A stretch of DNA of 64,000 bases, taken from the NCBI GenBank assembly GCA_051546255.1, contig CP128816.1:248001-312000 (forward strand). The letters run 5' to 3'. Origin of the DNA: Meyerozyma guilliermondii. Taxonomy: Eukaryota. The notes under the pieces are model-generated. The model worked only from the letters and a program-made list of their open reading frames with translations, ran no database searches and had not been told where the DNA came from. Positions 11,801-20,687 of this stretch are shown here, in pieces (position 1 is the first letter of the stretch; each line of letters starts with the position of its first letter). The position numbers and the translations under genes are program-made.

Positions 11801-13135
11801 GCCAAGGTCCACTCTCAAATCTCAGAGGTTGGTGCCCTTATTTCTGATCACTTGTTACCCCAGACCACAGCATACCATGAGATCTGGCTTGAGGGAGAAG
11901 ATGAAGGAGATAAACCAGGCGATAGTGCTGCTTGGGAAAAGAGAGAAAAAGGACCCAAAAAGAAAAAGACTTTGGTTTCTGGAAATGCTTTGGTGGATGT
12001 AGAACCATTGTACGGTCCAACCTATTTGCCCAGAAAATTCAAGGTTGTCATCACCGTTCCACCTTACAACGATGTCGATGTCTATGCTCATGACATTGGT
12101 TTGATTGCGATTTTGGAAGGTAATGTGGTTGTTGGATTCAACGTGTTAGCTGGTGGTGGTATGGGATCGACTCACAACAACAAGAAGACTTACCCTAGAA
12201 CCGGTTCTATGTTAGGATATGTGTCGAAGGAAGAAGTTCACATAGCCTGCGAGAAGATCATGTTGGTACAGAGAGACAACGGTGATAGAACAAACAGAAA
12301 GCATGCCAGATTGAAATACACCATTGACGACATGGGCGTGGATGTGTTCCGTGGAAAGGTTGAGGAGCTTCTTGGACACAAGTTTGAGGAAGCCAGACCA
12401 TTTGAGATCAAGCTGAACATTGATTATTTCGGATGGACCAAGGATGAAACCGGATTGAATCATTTCACTGCTTTCATCGAAAACGGAAGAATCGAAGATA
12501 CTCCAGACCACCCCCAGAAGACTGGTTTGCGTAAGATAGCCGAATACTTGAGTGATGGAAAATCTGGAGAGTTCAGATTGACAGGAAACCAACACATGCT
12601 TCTCTCCAAGATCGAAGACCAGGATTTGGAAACGGTGAAATCTTTATTGGCCAAGTACAAATTAGACAACACCGACTTCTCAGGCTTGAGATTGTCGTCT
12701 GCTGCCTGTGTTGCATTCCCAACCTGTGGATTGGCCATGGCAGAGTCCGAGAGATACTTACCTGAGCTTATCAGCAAATTGGAAGAAGCATTGGAAGAAT
12801 ATGGTCTTCGTCACGATTCCGTTGTTATGAGAATGACTGGATGTCCTAACGGATGTGCTAGACCTTGGGTTGCTGAAGTCGCTCTTGTTGGAAAAGCTTA
12901 CGGTGCCTACAACTTGATGTTGGGAGGAGGACATCATGGACAGAGATTGAACAAGATCTACAGATACTCCATCAAGGAGGATGAGATCTTGGACATTTTG
13001 AAACCATTGTTCAAAAAATGGAGTCTTGAAAGGAATGAAAACGAGCCTTTCGGTGACTTCTGTATTAGAACCGGTGTTATCAAGGAAACTACCGAGGGTA
13101 AGTATTTCCACGATGATATACCCGAAGACGCATAA
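8855..13135 (+). CDS. MET5: Sulfite reductase beta subunit (Met5/Ecm17)
   Basis: Flavodoxin domain (ASDGGNAE, TSTSGQGEFP), KFHGIYMQDDRD, and siroheme/4Fe-4S motifs CVAFPTCGLA and TGCPNGC. Start placed at ATG 8855 because the upstream in-frame extension covers promoter motifs. Confidence 0.96.
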   Translation: MTSQTDAISHVVNKVWGPVFVTQPAKSVPSAFSKYFPKANFLISANDPFAAVADSVSSEGDEEELTTVTTDGVTLFKNLPFFSSSVFSSSKIVVHVEIANFDFSLVTALRDLEFPVLVSQNAAESLLFSKTAYNLASKLNKTVFHFFAPSQYKTNESVKLTNDDIFVNLDSSDVLEIAAACDVKPFEAANKVSKPKDAILFLGQLNDELISAATKNNALIISIKIYKPFDLQQLLSTVPSSVETLSVVIQSTTSSSYSPLLLDFFQEYSKFQPIKNFTKIVTATLGYLTSDKYDQAVDNLIKNVQSSSPVQGLAFGKLNTELTTKSSKQRSEEHSKSVKDAIQLEQAYLKVLQQVNDSNMNVLNEFNAKDIGQLNPEFGFGLFISTQEKLAALTELIQSAVRRNSFKSLDNNKLVDLLSKWLIAQRDGSSNTAALASEIIPLLESDSSDYAAKILENKEYLSLKSNWLIGSDSWSYDLGSSGVHNLISSGKNINMLVIDSEPYQEKSQGKTLNGFRKKDVGLYAMNYGGCYVASVAIYSSYTQVIQAFIEAEKFNGPSIVLAYLPYNSEADDTLTILQETKKAVDTGYWPLYRYDPEDKKEAFKLDSSNLRNQLREFLDRENRLSLLTAKDPLLSRNLTSNANTESRKHQEKVADESFAKLLHGLLGPPLTVAFASDGGNAESVAKKINRQAIGRGLKSIVLAMDDLSIEDLPVETNIVFITSTSGQGEFPTNGKMFWDALKGANDIDLSGIKFSVFGLGDSEYWPRKEDKHYYNKPAKDLHAKLVFYGGVELVELGLGDDQDADGYNTGFKEWEQKLWKALGVDNVEGVEEPKPLTNEDMKIGSNFLRGTIAEGLQDQSTGAISAVDQQLTKFHGIYMQDDRDIRDERKAQGKEPAYAFMVRLRLPGGSATPQQYIKLDDLADERGNGTLKLTTRATFQLHGIVKHNLKPAIRGMNSALLDTLAACGDVNRNVMVSAIPHNAKVHSQISEVGALISDHLLPQTTAYHEIWLEGEDEGDKPGDSAAWEKREKGPKKKKTLVSGNALVDVEPLYGPTYLPRKFKVVITVPPYNDVDVYAHDIGLIAILEGNVVVGFNVLAGGGMGSTHNNKKTYPRTGSMLGYVSKEEVHIACEKIMLVQRDNGDRTNRKHARLKYTIDDMGVDVFRGKVEELLGHKFEEARPFEIKLNIDYFGWTKDETGLNHFTAFIENGRIEDTPDHPQKTGLRKIAEYLSDGKSGEFRLTGNQHMLLSKIEDQDLETVKSLLAKYKLDNTDFSGLRLSSAACVAFPTCGLAMAESERYLPELISKLEEALEEYGLRHDSVVMRMTGCPNGCARPWVAEVALVGKAYGAYNLMLGGGHHGQRLNKIYRYSIKEDEILDILKPLFKKWSLERNENEPFGDFCIRTGVIKETTEGKYFHDDIPEDA

Positions 13136-13211
13136 ATATGAATGTATTTATTAACCTGTTATCGTTATTCGTAAATTTATATCTTCAACTTGATCTCATT
13201 GTTCTAATCTC

Positions 13212-13475
13212 TCACTTTCTCATCGTCCGCTTCTTCTCGACCCTGATGTCTCCCAATAGGCCCTTGATCGTTGGAGTATGTTTACGTTCGACCTCTAAAA
13301 CATCTTTGAGTTTGACGTCGCGGAGAGTTACACTTACGGTATTTAGTCTACGTAATATGCGTCGCTCACAGGTCTGAGCAATTTTTTCTGATTCATGCTG
13401 CAACAGCGATATACGTTGTTCTGCAAGAGCACGAAATCGAGCAATAACAATCTGTTTTTCTTGCTGTGTAAACAT
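13212..13475 (-). CDS. NBL1: Small Borealin N-terminal-like chromosomal passenger subunit
   Basis: 87-aa helical protein resembling Nbl1/Borealin_N (ERRILRRLNTVSVTLRDVKLKDVL). It is divergent from RPN10, as NBL1 is in S. cerevisiae. Confidence 0.7.
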   Translation of the reverse strand: MFTQQEKQIVIARFRALAEQRISLLQHESEKIAQTCERRILRRLNTVSVTLRDVKLKDVLEVERKHTPTIKGLLGDIRVEKKRTMRK

Positions 13476-13709
13476 CTAATGATCCGCTCACCACTAAAAC
13501 TTTAAGTTGGTGGTGCTATTTAGTGGGTTGCGCACGACTTCTCTGTGGCAACGCGAACACCACCTCTCAGTTAATGAAAACTACGTAGATAACTAGCTAC
13601 CTCATTTGCAATTTTCAGGTGGTGAAACGATACATCCAATAATTTCTTACCTTCCAATTGAACCTCCCATACCAAATAAACCCCCAGGGATTCCCCAAAG
13701 TGTATAAAA

Positions 13710-14537
13710 ATGGTGCTCGAAGCCACCATGATCGCCATCGATAACTCGGAATATATGAGAAATGGAGACTTCATGACCACCAGGTATGATGCCCAGCTCA
13801 CCGCGACCGAGTTTATCTTCCAGAACAAAGTGAACTCAAACCCAGAAAATACTGTAGGTTTATTGGCATACGGAGGTGCGGGACCACAGGTATTGTCGAC
13901 TCTCACCACAGATTTCGGTAAGATATTGTCAGGAGCTCACGATACCAAGATCAGTGGCACGCCGCATTTTTCTAGTGGTATTCAGGTTGCGGCGCTTGCT
14001 TTAAAACATCGTCAGAACAAAGTACAGAATCAACGTATTATCGTGTTTGTGGGCAGCCCTATAGAGGAGTCTGAGAAAGATCTCGAGAAACTCGCCAAGA
14101 AGATGAAGAAGAATAACATTGCAATCGACGTAATCAACTTTGGTGAAGAAGCAGTTAACACCGCCAAATTGGAAAAGTTCAACTCTGTCATCAACAACCA
14201 CGACAATTCTCATCTTGTAACGGTACTGCCTGGTCCTCGTTTGCTTTACGAAGTGATCGCCACGTCACCCATTCTAGTGGAAGGAGGCTACGACGGTGGT
14301 GCTGGCGGTGATAATGGCATGGATGGCTTTGCTGGTGGTGACATGATTGATCCAAACATGGATCCAGATTTGGCATTGGCTTTACGTCTTTCTTTGGAAG
14401 AAGAGAAGTTGCGTCAAGAAAGAGAAGCAGCAGAGAAGGCGAAGGCCGAGTCTGGGGAAGGAGCTTCAGAAGAGTTGGGCCGTATAGATGAGAAGAAAGA
14501 AGAAGATGTGCCCATGGAGGATGCAGACAAGAAGTAG
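13710..14537 (+). CDS. RPN10: 26S proteasome regulatory subunit (vWA + UIM)
   Basis: MVLEATMIAIDNSEYMRNGD, ALKHRQNK, DPDLALALRLSLEEE. Confidence 0.97.
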   Translation: MVLEATMIAIDNSEYMRNGDFMTTRYDAQLTATEFIFQNKVNSNPENTVGLLAYGGAGPQVLSTLTTDFGKILSGAHDTKISGTPHFSSGIQVAALALKHRQNKVQNQRIIVFVGSPIEESEKDLEKLAKKMKKNNIAIDVINFGEEAVNTAKLEKFNSVINNHDNSHLVTVLPGPRLLYEVIATSPILVEGGYDGGAGGDNGMDGFAGGDMIDPNMDPDLALALRLSLEEEKLRQEREAAEKAKAESGEGASEELGRIDEKKEEDVPMEDADKK

Positions 14538-14635
14538 GATTTCATGCATACCTATTTGTGCACCACGTATATAAGACCGAATAGAATCAGTTTGTGGTCC
14601 ACTATTTGTGTTCACAAATTTAAATATTTCTATTG

Positions 14636-16063
14636 ATGACTGCTAAGCGAAAGAGTATCCACCGTAGCACTAGACCTGTTCTATGGGCCCTGCTGGAAGA
14701 CCGTATTCTTAGTGAGCTTCGCGAATCTCGAGCTCACTTTATCGACAAGTATCTCTCAGGGTCTTTGAATTTGTCACAGATTCCAGCCCCGAGCTGCTTG
14801 GAGGATGTTGGTTTCATGCCGGCGCCTCGACCTTACGGAGACTCGGGAACAAATAAACTTGTTAAGGAATTGCAAGCACTTCCCCACTGGAATGCGCAAA
14901 AGGTGTTCAAAGATGTGATAAAATTGTTACGTAAATCGTTCGCCGTATCAGGCGTTTCTATATCCCTCATGGAGACGAACAAACAAGTAGTGAAGTTTGA
15001 ATCTTCCTTCGGCCTTGATCATGTCCCTCGTACGGTGTCAATTGACGGACATGCTATTTTGTCCAAAGATTATTTTGTTCTTTTGGACACCACCAAAGAT
15101 TGGAGAACGAGAAACAATCCTTTTGTCACGGGTCCACCTAGGATCAGGTTTTACTGCGGTGTTCCTCTTATTTGCAATGATATTGCTGTTGGGGTCTTGG
15201 CTATATTTGATCCCTTTCCCAAATCCTCATTTGATACCAGGCTTACAAGAGAGTTACAGAAGCATTCTTCTGAATTGATACAGTTCTTGTTGTCACCCTA
15301 CGACGTATCAATGACTGCTATCGACACGGCAGATGAATTGAAAGAATTGCAAAGAAGATTCGGACGAGCTACCAGCCGAGGTTCGGAAATGCTGGTTTAC
15401 GAAAAAGATGGCTCTGGCAGTTCATACGCCCAAAATCAGAAGTTGCGCTTTCAAAGGTTGGATTCAGCGAGCAAAGATGAAGAAATGAACAGGATTCTCT
15501 GGAGAAAGCTAGCCAACGCGGCAAGTCTCCGAACTGCTGCTACTGTTTTGACCAAAACCTTGTTGATCAGCCACAAGTTAGACATGGTGGTTGTTTTGGA
15601 GCTTCGAATCACCGAACTCTACAGTATAAGCAGCACTTACTTTCCATATCTGGGTAAAGTAGATGCCGACTCATATAGATATCGTGACATGCTCGCAAGA
15701 AAACCTGGCACTAAGGATGTCATGACGAGGTTGATGGGAAGTTATGGAGGATCTCAAACAGCTACTTTTGACAGCACCATGATTGAAAGGGCTTCTTATT
15801 CTCAAGTCGGAATGTTTTACAAGAATTTGCGAGGCCACACCACGTATAACAGCGGGATCATCATGCCATTTCACAAGCAAAAAACTCGCTTATCAAAGTG
15901 TCCTTCAAACCAAAACGAGGAGCCCATTAGTGTTCAGCTGCGCTCCGGAGCGTATTTGATTGCCTTGTTCAGCCAAGATCCGAGTTATGACTTCAGCGCA
16001 GGTGTAATCGATGCCGCGTATAACGGAGCAATGTTGTTACGCCGGATCTACATCGACACATAG
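14636..16063 (+). CDS. GAF-domain protein of unknown function
   Basis: SIDGHAIL...DTTKDWRTRNNPFVTGPPRIRFYCGVPL...VGVLAIFD is a GAF signature. No kinase or other output domain is visible. Confidence 0.75.
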   Translation: MTAKRKSIHRSTRPVLWALLEDRILSELRESRAHFIDKYLSGSLNLSQIPAPSCLEDVGFMPAPRPYGDSGTNKLVKELQALPHWNAQKVFKDVIKLLRKSFAVSGVSISLMETNKQVVKFESSFGLDHVPRTVSIDGHAILSKDYFVLLDTTKDWRTRNNPFVTGPPRIRFYCGVPLICNDIAVGVLAIFDPFPKSSFDTRLTRELQKHSSELIQFLLSPYDVSMTAIDTADELKELQRRFGRATSRGSEMLVYEKDGSGSSYAQNQKLRFQRLDSASKDEEMNRILWRKLANAASLRTAATVLTKTLLISHKLDMVVVLELRITELYSISSTYFPYLGKVDADSYRYRDMLARKPGTKDVMTRLMGSYGGSQTATFDSTMIERASYSQVGMFYKNLRGHTTYNSGIIMPFHKQKTRLSKCPSNQNEEPISVQLRSGAYLIALFSQDPSYDFSAGVIDAAYNGAMLLRRIYIDT

Positions 16064-16066
16064 GTA

Positions 16067-16699
16067 TCATGAATCCATTTCTCGCAAAAGCTCCATCTCT
16101 GCATCGTACGACTCATTGGGGATATCCTCAAGATGAGGCACTTCCGGGCGTACGAAGAGGTTCTCGTCCTGAGGATCGGCGTAGAATTCATCTTCACTAA
16201 AGAAGTCATCTGGCTCGTTCACCCTTTGCTCTGATTTCGAGTACTCTTGAGTAGTCAGAGGTTGCTCAGACGGAACGGCTAAACCCAACTCTTCCTTTTT
16301 CTTGTTGATTTCCGCCTCAATTAGTGTCTTTCTGTACCTCTTGAGAGACGTGTCCCTTGCTCCAAAGGATCTAAGCAAATAAATGCAGTCTCTGAACTTT
16401 GCCTTTGGGAGAAGACCATGGCACCAAAGTTGGTAGAATTGAAGGATCGCCTGTAGGTTCTGAAATTCATTGTCGTATTTCAAGCGTCTGCGCTGTGAAG
16501 ATGTGAGGTCTTTCTTTTCAAGCTTGGCAGCAAGACGCTGATCGTTTCGTTCGATAACTCGAAGTGGTTTCCTATAGGAAGAGATGATAAAAGGAAGTCC
16601 TTTCTGTTTATCCATGAGCCCATCGAGATCAATTTTGGAGATTTTAGTACGCTTGGTGAGCTTAATGGGCTGGTCGAGCCCGAGTACGTCGTCAGACAT
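16067..16699 (-). CDS. CSM3: Replication fork protection subunit Csm3/Swi3/Tipin
   Basis: KGLPFI...NLQAILQFYQLWCHGLLPKAKFRDCI matches the Swi3 domain. First ATG at 16699. Confidence 0.88.
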   Translation of the reverse strand: MSDDVLGLDQPIKLTKRTKISKIDLDGLMDKQKGLPFIISSYRKPLRVIERNDQRLAAKLEKKDLTSSQRRRLKYDNEFQNLQAILQFYQLWCHGLLPKAKFRDCIYLLRSFGARDTSLKRYRKTLIEAEINKKKEELGLAVPSEQPLTTQEYSKSEQRVNEPDDFFSEDEFYADPQDENLFVRPEVPHLEDIPNESYDAEMELLREMDS

Positions 16700-16742
16700 T
16701 TTGGTGACTTTTTTTTGGGGGGAACTATATTTCAGAAATTCA

Positions 16743-16748
16743 ACGCGT
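16743..16748. promoter_or_regulatory. MCB element ACGCGT upstream of CSM3
   Basis: Exact ACGCGT 44 bp upstream of the ATG of a replication gene. Confidence 0.55.
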
Positions 16749-16996
16749 TGGTAGAATTTCAAATCAATCAAATATAACCTAAACTTATTCTTGTAACAAG
16801 TCCACCTGTTTCTGTGCTAGTTGTGCTCTGATAGTGCTTTTGTACAAAATAGTCAAAAGTCGTAGCAAAACAAAACCTTCTATAAATTTCAATAAGTTAT
16901 GCTCTATTTATCCTGGCCGAATTTTTGTTTTTGTTCCGCGCCGCGCGCGCCGATTACTTGGATCTCATCAAGCCACCAACTGCTCAACTCAAGTCC

Positions 16997-18214
16997 ATGA
17001 TTACTTCGGCATTGGCGCTAGCGAGCTCGTTGCTCTATTTCGTGTTTCCACTTCTCCTCACCCTAAAGACCATATCTGATATTTCAGATCCTGTTCGAAC
17101 AAGCCAAAGAGCCATTTTCTTGCTACATTATTGGTTATGTTACTGGTTTATTGGACAGATGCAGACCATTGTTTCCATTGCTTCTCTCGCAGGGTTTCCA
17201 TTGAGCTCTGATTTTACGTCTATTTTGTTTTCTGGAGTTAAAATGTGGCTCTTTTATTACCATGGATGCTTGGTAGTACCACGAGTGTTATTGCAACCAT
17301 TCTTGTGTCGATTTTTCCGAACAAACACGTTTGTGCAATTTGAGAGTTTGTATGTCGAGCCAATGGCCAGACTGCTTCCTTCGAGCGCTTTATTTGCATC
17401 AGATTTGGGTTTTTTGACGTCATACGCCCGGTTCCATAGTGCCTACACTCGGGCTGGAACTTCGTTTTTATCGTTCTGCCTCGACCAAATCTGCTACATT
17501 GATTCCGACAAAATGCTCCTCCAGCGCTATCACAACTTGACCAGCACGACAATGCTGTGGCTAAATTATGTGCGGACATATGTTGATCCCCAACCTGCGA
17601 TGCATCATCATGATCGCAGCCATTCGCAAACATTCTCCCCAAAATCATTCCAGCTCCTGCCCCCGCAAGTGCCCGCAACTATGTTCCCCGTCAGTTCCTC
17701 CAAGTCAGTTCCCAGACTGTCGTCAAAAACCTACAATTTAGACCTTGACTTCTTCACTCGCCGAAAGAACGACAATGGTAGCTCCAGTCCCAAATTGGAT
17801 TACCTCGACATAGGTCAGGACGACACATTCGACTCTGTTGACGACTCGATGGAGTTTCTTTCCAAACCTCACAAAGACCTGCCTCGAACCATCAGGAAAG
17901 TTGGATCCGTTTCAAGTCTCACTAATGTGGCTGACGAACTACCTCTCATGGGCTCTCGGCTGCGCTCACATCTGACCTCCAAGGCTGAAAAATCCACAAC
18001 TGACCGAATCATCAACCCACTCACAAACAAACGATCCTTTCTGACTCCTCAGGACCTTCCATACCCAATCGAAGATACCCTTCCAGCGCACCCCAGTCCC
18101 GAGACATTCTTGGCATCTCGACAATCTCAATCGCTGTCGCTGTTGAACGGTCATACAATTGATCCCATCAAAGTCAGAAAGCTAAAACGAAAGGAGCCGC
18201 CTAAGGAATTTTAG
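16997..18214 (+). CDS. REEP/TB2-DP1-HVA22-like (Atg40-like) membrane protein with a long disordered C-terminus
   Basis: FVFPLLLTLKTI...LLHYWLCYWFI...KMWLF..GCL..LLQPFL resembles REEP/Atg40 hairpins, followed by an S/P/D-rich tail. First ATG at 16997. Confidence 0.5.
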   Translation: MITSALALASSLLYFVFPLLLTLKTISDISDPVRTSQRAIFLLHYWLCYWFIGQMQTIVSIASLAGFPLSSDFTSILFSGVKMWLFYYHGCLVVPRVLLQPFLCRFFRTNTFVQFESLYVEPMARLLPSSALFASDLGFLTSYARFHSAYTRAGTSFLSFCLDQICYIDSDKMLLQRYHNLTSTTMLWLNYVRTYVDPQPAMHHHDRSHSQTFSPKSFQLLPPQVPATMFPVSSSKSVPRLSSKTYNLDLDFFTRRKNDNGSSSPKLDYLDIGQDDTFDSVDDSMEFLSKPHKDLPRTIRKVGSVSSLTNVADELPLMGSRLRSHLTSKAEKSTTDRIINPLTNKRSFLTPQDLPYPIEDTLPAHPSPETFLASRQSQSLSLLNGHTIDPIKVRKLKRKEPPKEF

Positions 18215-18295
18215 CGAAAAAAAATTCGGGTCCCATTATCTCAACCGATTATTCGCATTGTTTCGCGGCTCATCTCTTTATCGCGTTTTAACCTT

Positions 18296-19363
18296 ATGTA
18301 CTACACCGAGCTTCTACCTCGACTAAACTCACTCACGGTGATACTGGACTTCTCTGGCGACGTCAAGGACATCAAAGGAATCAGAATCGACAAGAATGAC
18401 CTAGCAATATCCACTGAAGGGAGCACACTTCGCATAAAATTACCCATAGATGGGAACCACAATGTTGCGGATATGACTATTTCATCTTTAAAGTACATTG
18501 ATCTGTGTCTTCGGCTATCGATCTCGTTTCCTGGTACAAAGTTATCCGAGCACACTCAGTCTTTCATGGATTTCAATCATTCTAATGTTCAAAAATGGTC
18601 TTGTTCTGACCTTCGACGGACCCCACAAAATGCCGAAAAGCAAAATATCTTTCACTTTGGTTGCGCCTATTGCGACAAGAATATCATAAACTCGAAAGAT
18701 TGTAGCTTTTTTGACATGCCATCGGAACTTTGGTCAGAAATGATGGATTTCTGGCACTGCCACAAACCTCACGATCATGGCAACCATGGAGAACACCAGC
18801 ATACAACTAATCAGTACGAAGAACTCAAGCCAAAACAGATGGATGTAATCATTGGTGGATTCTACTTTTTGGTGGACAAGGCTGGTGGCTTGAAGGTTGA
18901 GGCCGACCAAGTCTACTGTCCATCATGCGATGCTGAACTTGGTGTTCTTGACAAATCTTCCAAAAAGGTGTTCAAGTACAACCTAAAACTCAACTATGAT
19001 ACAGTGCTGGAACAGTTTCCTCGATACCTATATGTCTATAATTGCGTGCTTGATAAGATCAATCTGTCGGCGTGCCGAACATTTGTCATAAAATCTGATT
19101 CCAAATCGCTATTTATTTGGGTGTTGAACATTGGATTGGACATATCCACTGAAACGGGCGTTTTTAAGAATGCATTGAAATTGCTATATGATGTTGATCA
19201 CCCCGAAATCGAGATGCCTACAGAGGAAATAAGGGTACCCGGTGTAGTTCTTGACGATTGTATCACTCGTTTGCAAGAGATTAATTCGCAATTACCTTTA
19301 GGACATCGTTCTGCAGCTGTGGCCGGTAAGAATTTATTTATAAGCTTCATGGCTAGTGCTTAA
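18296..19363 (+). CDS. IPA1: HECT_2/UBE3D family protein Ipa1
   Basis: CxxC, DMPSELWSEMMDFWHCHKPH and a second CxxC. Confidence 0.88.
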   Translation: MYYTELLPRLNSLTVILDFSGDVKDIKGIRIDKNDLAISTEGSTLRIKLPIDGNHNVADMTISSLKYIDLCLRLSISFPGTKLSEHTQSFMDFNHSNVQKWSCSDLRRTPQNAEKQNIFHFGCAYCDKNIINSKDCSFFDMPSELWSEMMDFWHCHKPHDHGNHGEHQHTTNQYEELKPKQMDVIIGGFYFLVDKAGGLKVEADQVYCPSCDAELGVLDKSSKKVFKYNLKLNYDTVLEQFPRYLYVYNCVLDKINLSACRTFVIKSDSKSLFIWVLNIGLDISTETGVFKNALKLLYDVDHPEIEMPTEEIRVPGVVLDDCITRLQEINSQLPLGHRSAAVAGKNLFISFMASA

Positions 19364-19422
19364 GTCTATATGTATATTATCATGACTCTAACGTCAAAAT
19401 ATTCGTGGCTATAACTAAGAAC

Positions 19423-20625
19423 TCAAAACTTGGATTCCAATATGTCCTTGACGATAGGTACCACCTGTTTTCGAGATGCCTGAACATTTCCTTGGTTAAA
19501 TAAAAATAAATTGGAGACAGACAGTAACTTCTTTGCAAAACTTTCGTAGTCGTAGATTTTATCATTTAAGCTCAAAGCTTGATGAGCCAACGTTCCAATC
19601 TCCTTCAAATCACCAGCTCTTGGTGCATCCAGTTTGAAGTAGTAGGAGAATTCTCTGGTGTACTCATTATTAGTCTTTTTGGTATATGAAGTGGTTATCA
19701 CTAACATGTCCAATTTGTGGTAATTTATTGTTCGAAGCAAAGCCTCCTCAATATCATTACCGGAGAACTTGTTGAAGATCCACAGGTACAGTTTTCCAAG
19801 AGAACTAAATCCCACACGAAGACCATTGAAGGTGAATTGCTTGTAATCTTTGCGCAATATGTCAAAGAAAGAAAGACCACTCAAATCCTTTTTGGCGGTT
19901 TTCAATGTGTCATAGTAAGTCAGCATCAACGACTCAGTGGAAACATCACTGGCTGCCCGTGTAAGTTGGGTCATATTTGTGGAAATATGTGAGTCTTGAA
20001 GGAGCATTATGTATCTAGAAAAGGCAACCGAATCCTCCATTTCCACCTTCTGTGTCATATTACTCGTATCGATTAAAAGTGGTCCTAATAAAAGTCCACA
20101 CACATCCGAGGTCTCAAAGATTGTCTTATCCTTGAGGTTCGTATAGAAGTAGTTGAATACTAGTGAAGAGCACGAACCACTCTTTGTGATAATTCTTGGG
20201 TCAGCATCTTTAGCCACGTTTTCGTCTTCATGGTGATCGATAATTGTATCGATTTGTAGTTTGTTTTCGTCGGCATACTTGTGAAATATATCGCCTTGAA
20301 TATTGCAATGATCTACTAGTGTCAAGTGTACCTTTTCCGACTTTTCACTCAATCTTTCAAAGTCTTCAATGAAGAAAAGAAGATCCTGGCCAATCGAGTA
20401 GGTGCCAAGCAACAAGCTGATGTCTTTTCTCAACTTGAACTCTTCTCTAGTAATGTTGATTATAGGAACCACGGGTTCTGAGGGTGCCTGTTGAGCTTTA
20501 AAAAAAGCTAAAGATAACGCACTTACAACGGAATCCATGTCTGCGGACTGGTTACCAGTCACAAACCTCAAGGGTTTCTCATTGATTTGGCGACGAAGGC
20601 CCGTCAAGAATTCTTTAACTAACAT
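19423..20625 (-). CDS. PPX1: Exopolyphosphatase, DHH family
   Basis: GNQSADMDS, LVDH, IIDHHED, GSCSSLV, LIDTSNM, LRKDYKQF. Confidence 0.93.
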   Translation of the reverse strand: MLVKEFLTGLRRQINEKPLRFVTGNQSADMDSVVSALSLAFFKAQQAPSEPVVPIINITREEFKLRKDISLLLGTYSIGQDLLFFIEDFERLSEKSEKVHLTLVDHCNIQGDIFHKYADENKLQIDTIIDHHEDENVAKDADPRIITKSGSCSSLVFNYFYTNLKDKTIFETSDVCGLLLGPLLIDTSNMTQKVEMEDSVAFSRYIMLLQDSHISTNMTQLTRAASDVSTESLMLTYYDTLKTAKKDLSGLSFFDILRKDYKQFTFNGLRVGFSSLGKLYLWIFNKFSGNDIEEALLRTINYHKLDMLVITTSYTKKTNNEYTREFSYYFKLDAPRAGDLKEIGTLAHQALSLNDKIYDYESFAKKLLSVSNLFLFNQGNVQASRKQVVPIVKDILESKF

Positions 20626-20687
20626 TAGATCGAAATTGAAAAATGAGATTTAATTGATAGTCGCGAAATTTTAATCTGTTCCTTCAA

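Noticed and set aside
13545..13552. GTGGCAAC as an Rpn4/PACE site for RPN10
   Set aside because: Only a partial match to GGTGGCAAA; plausible but too weak to list as a feature.
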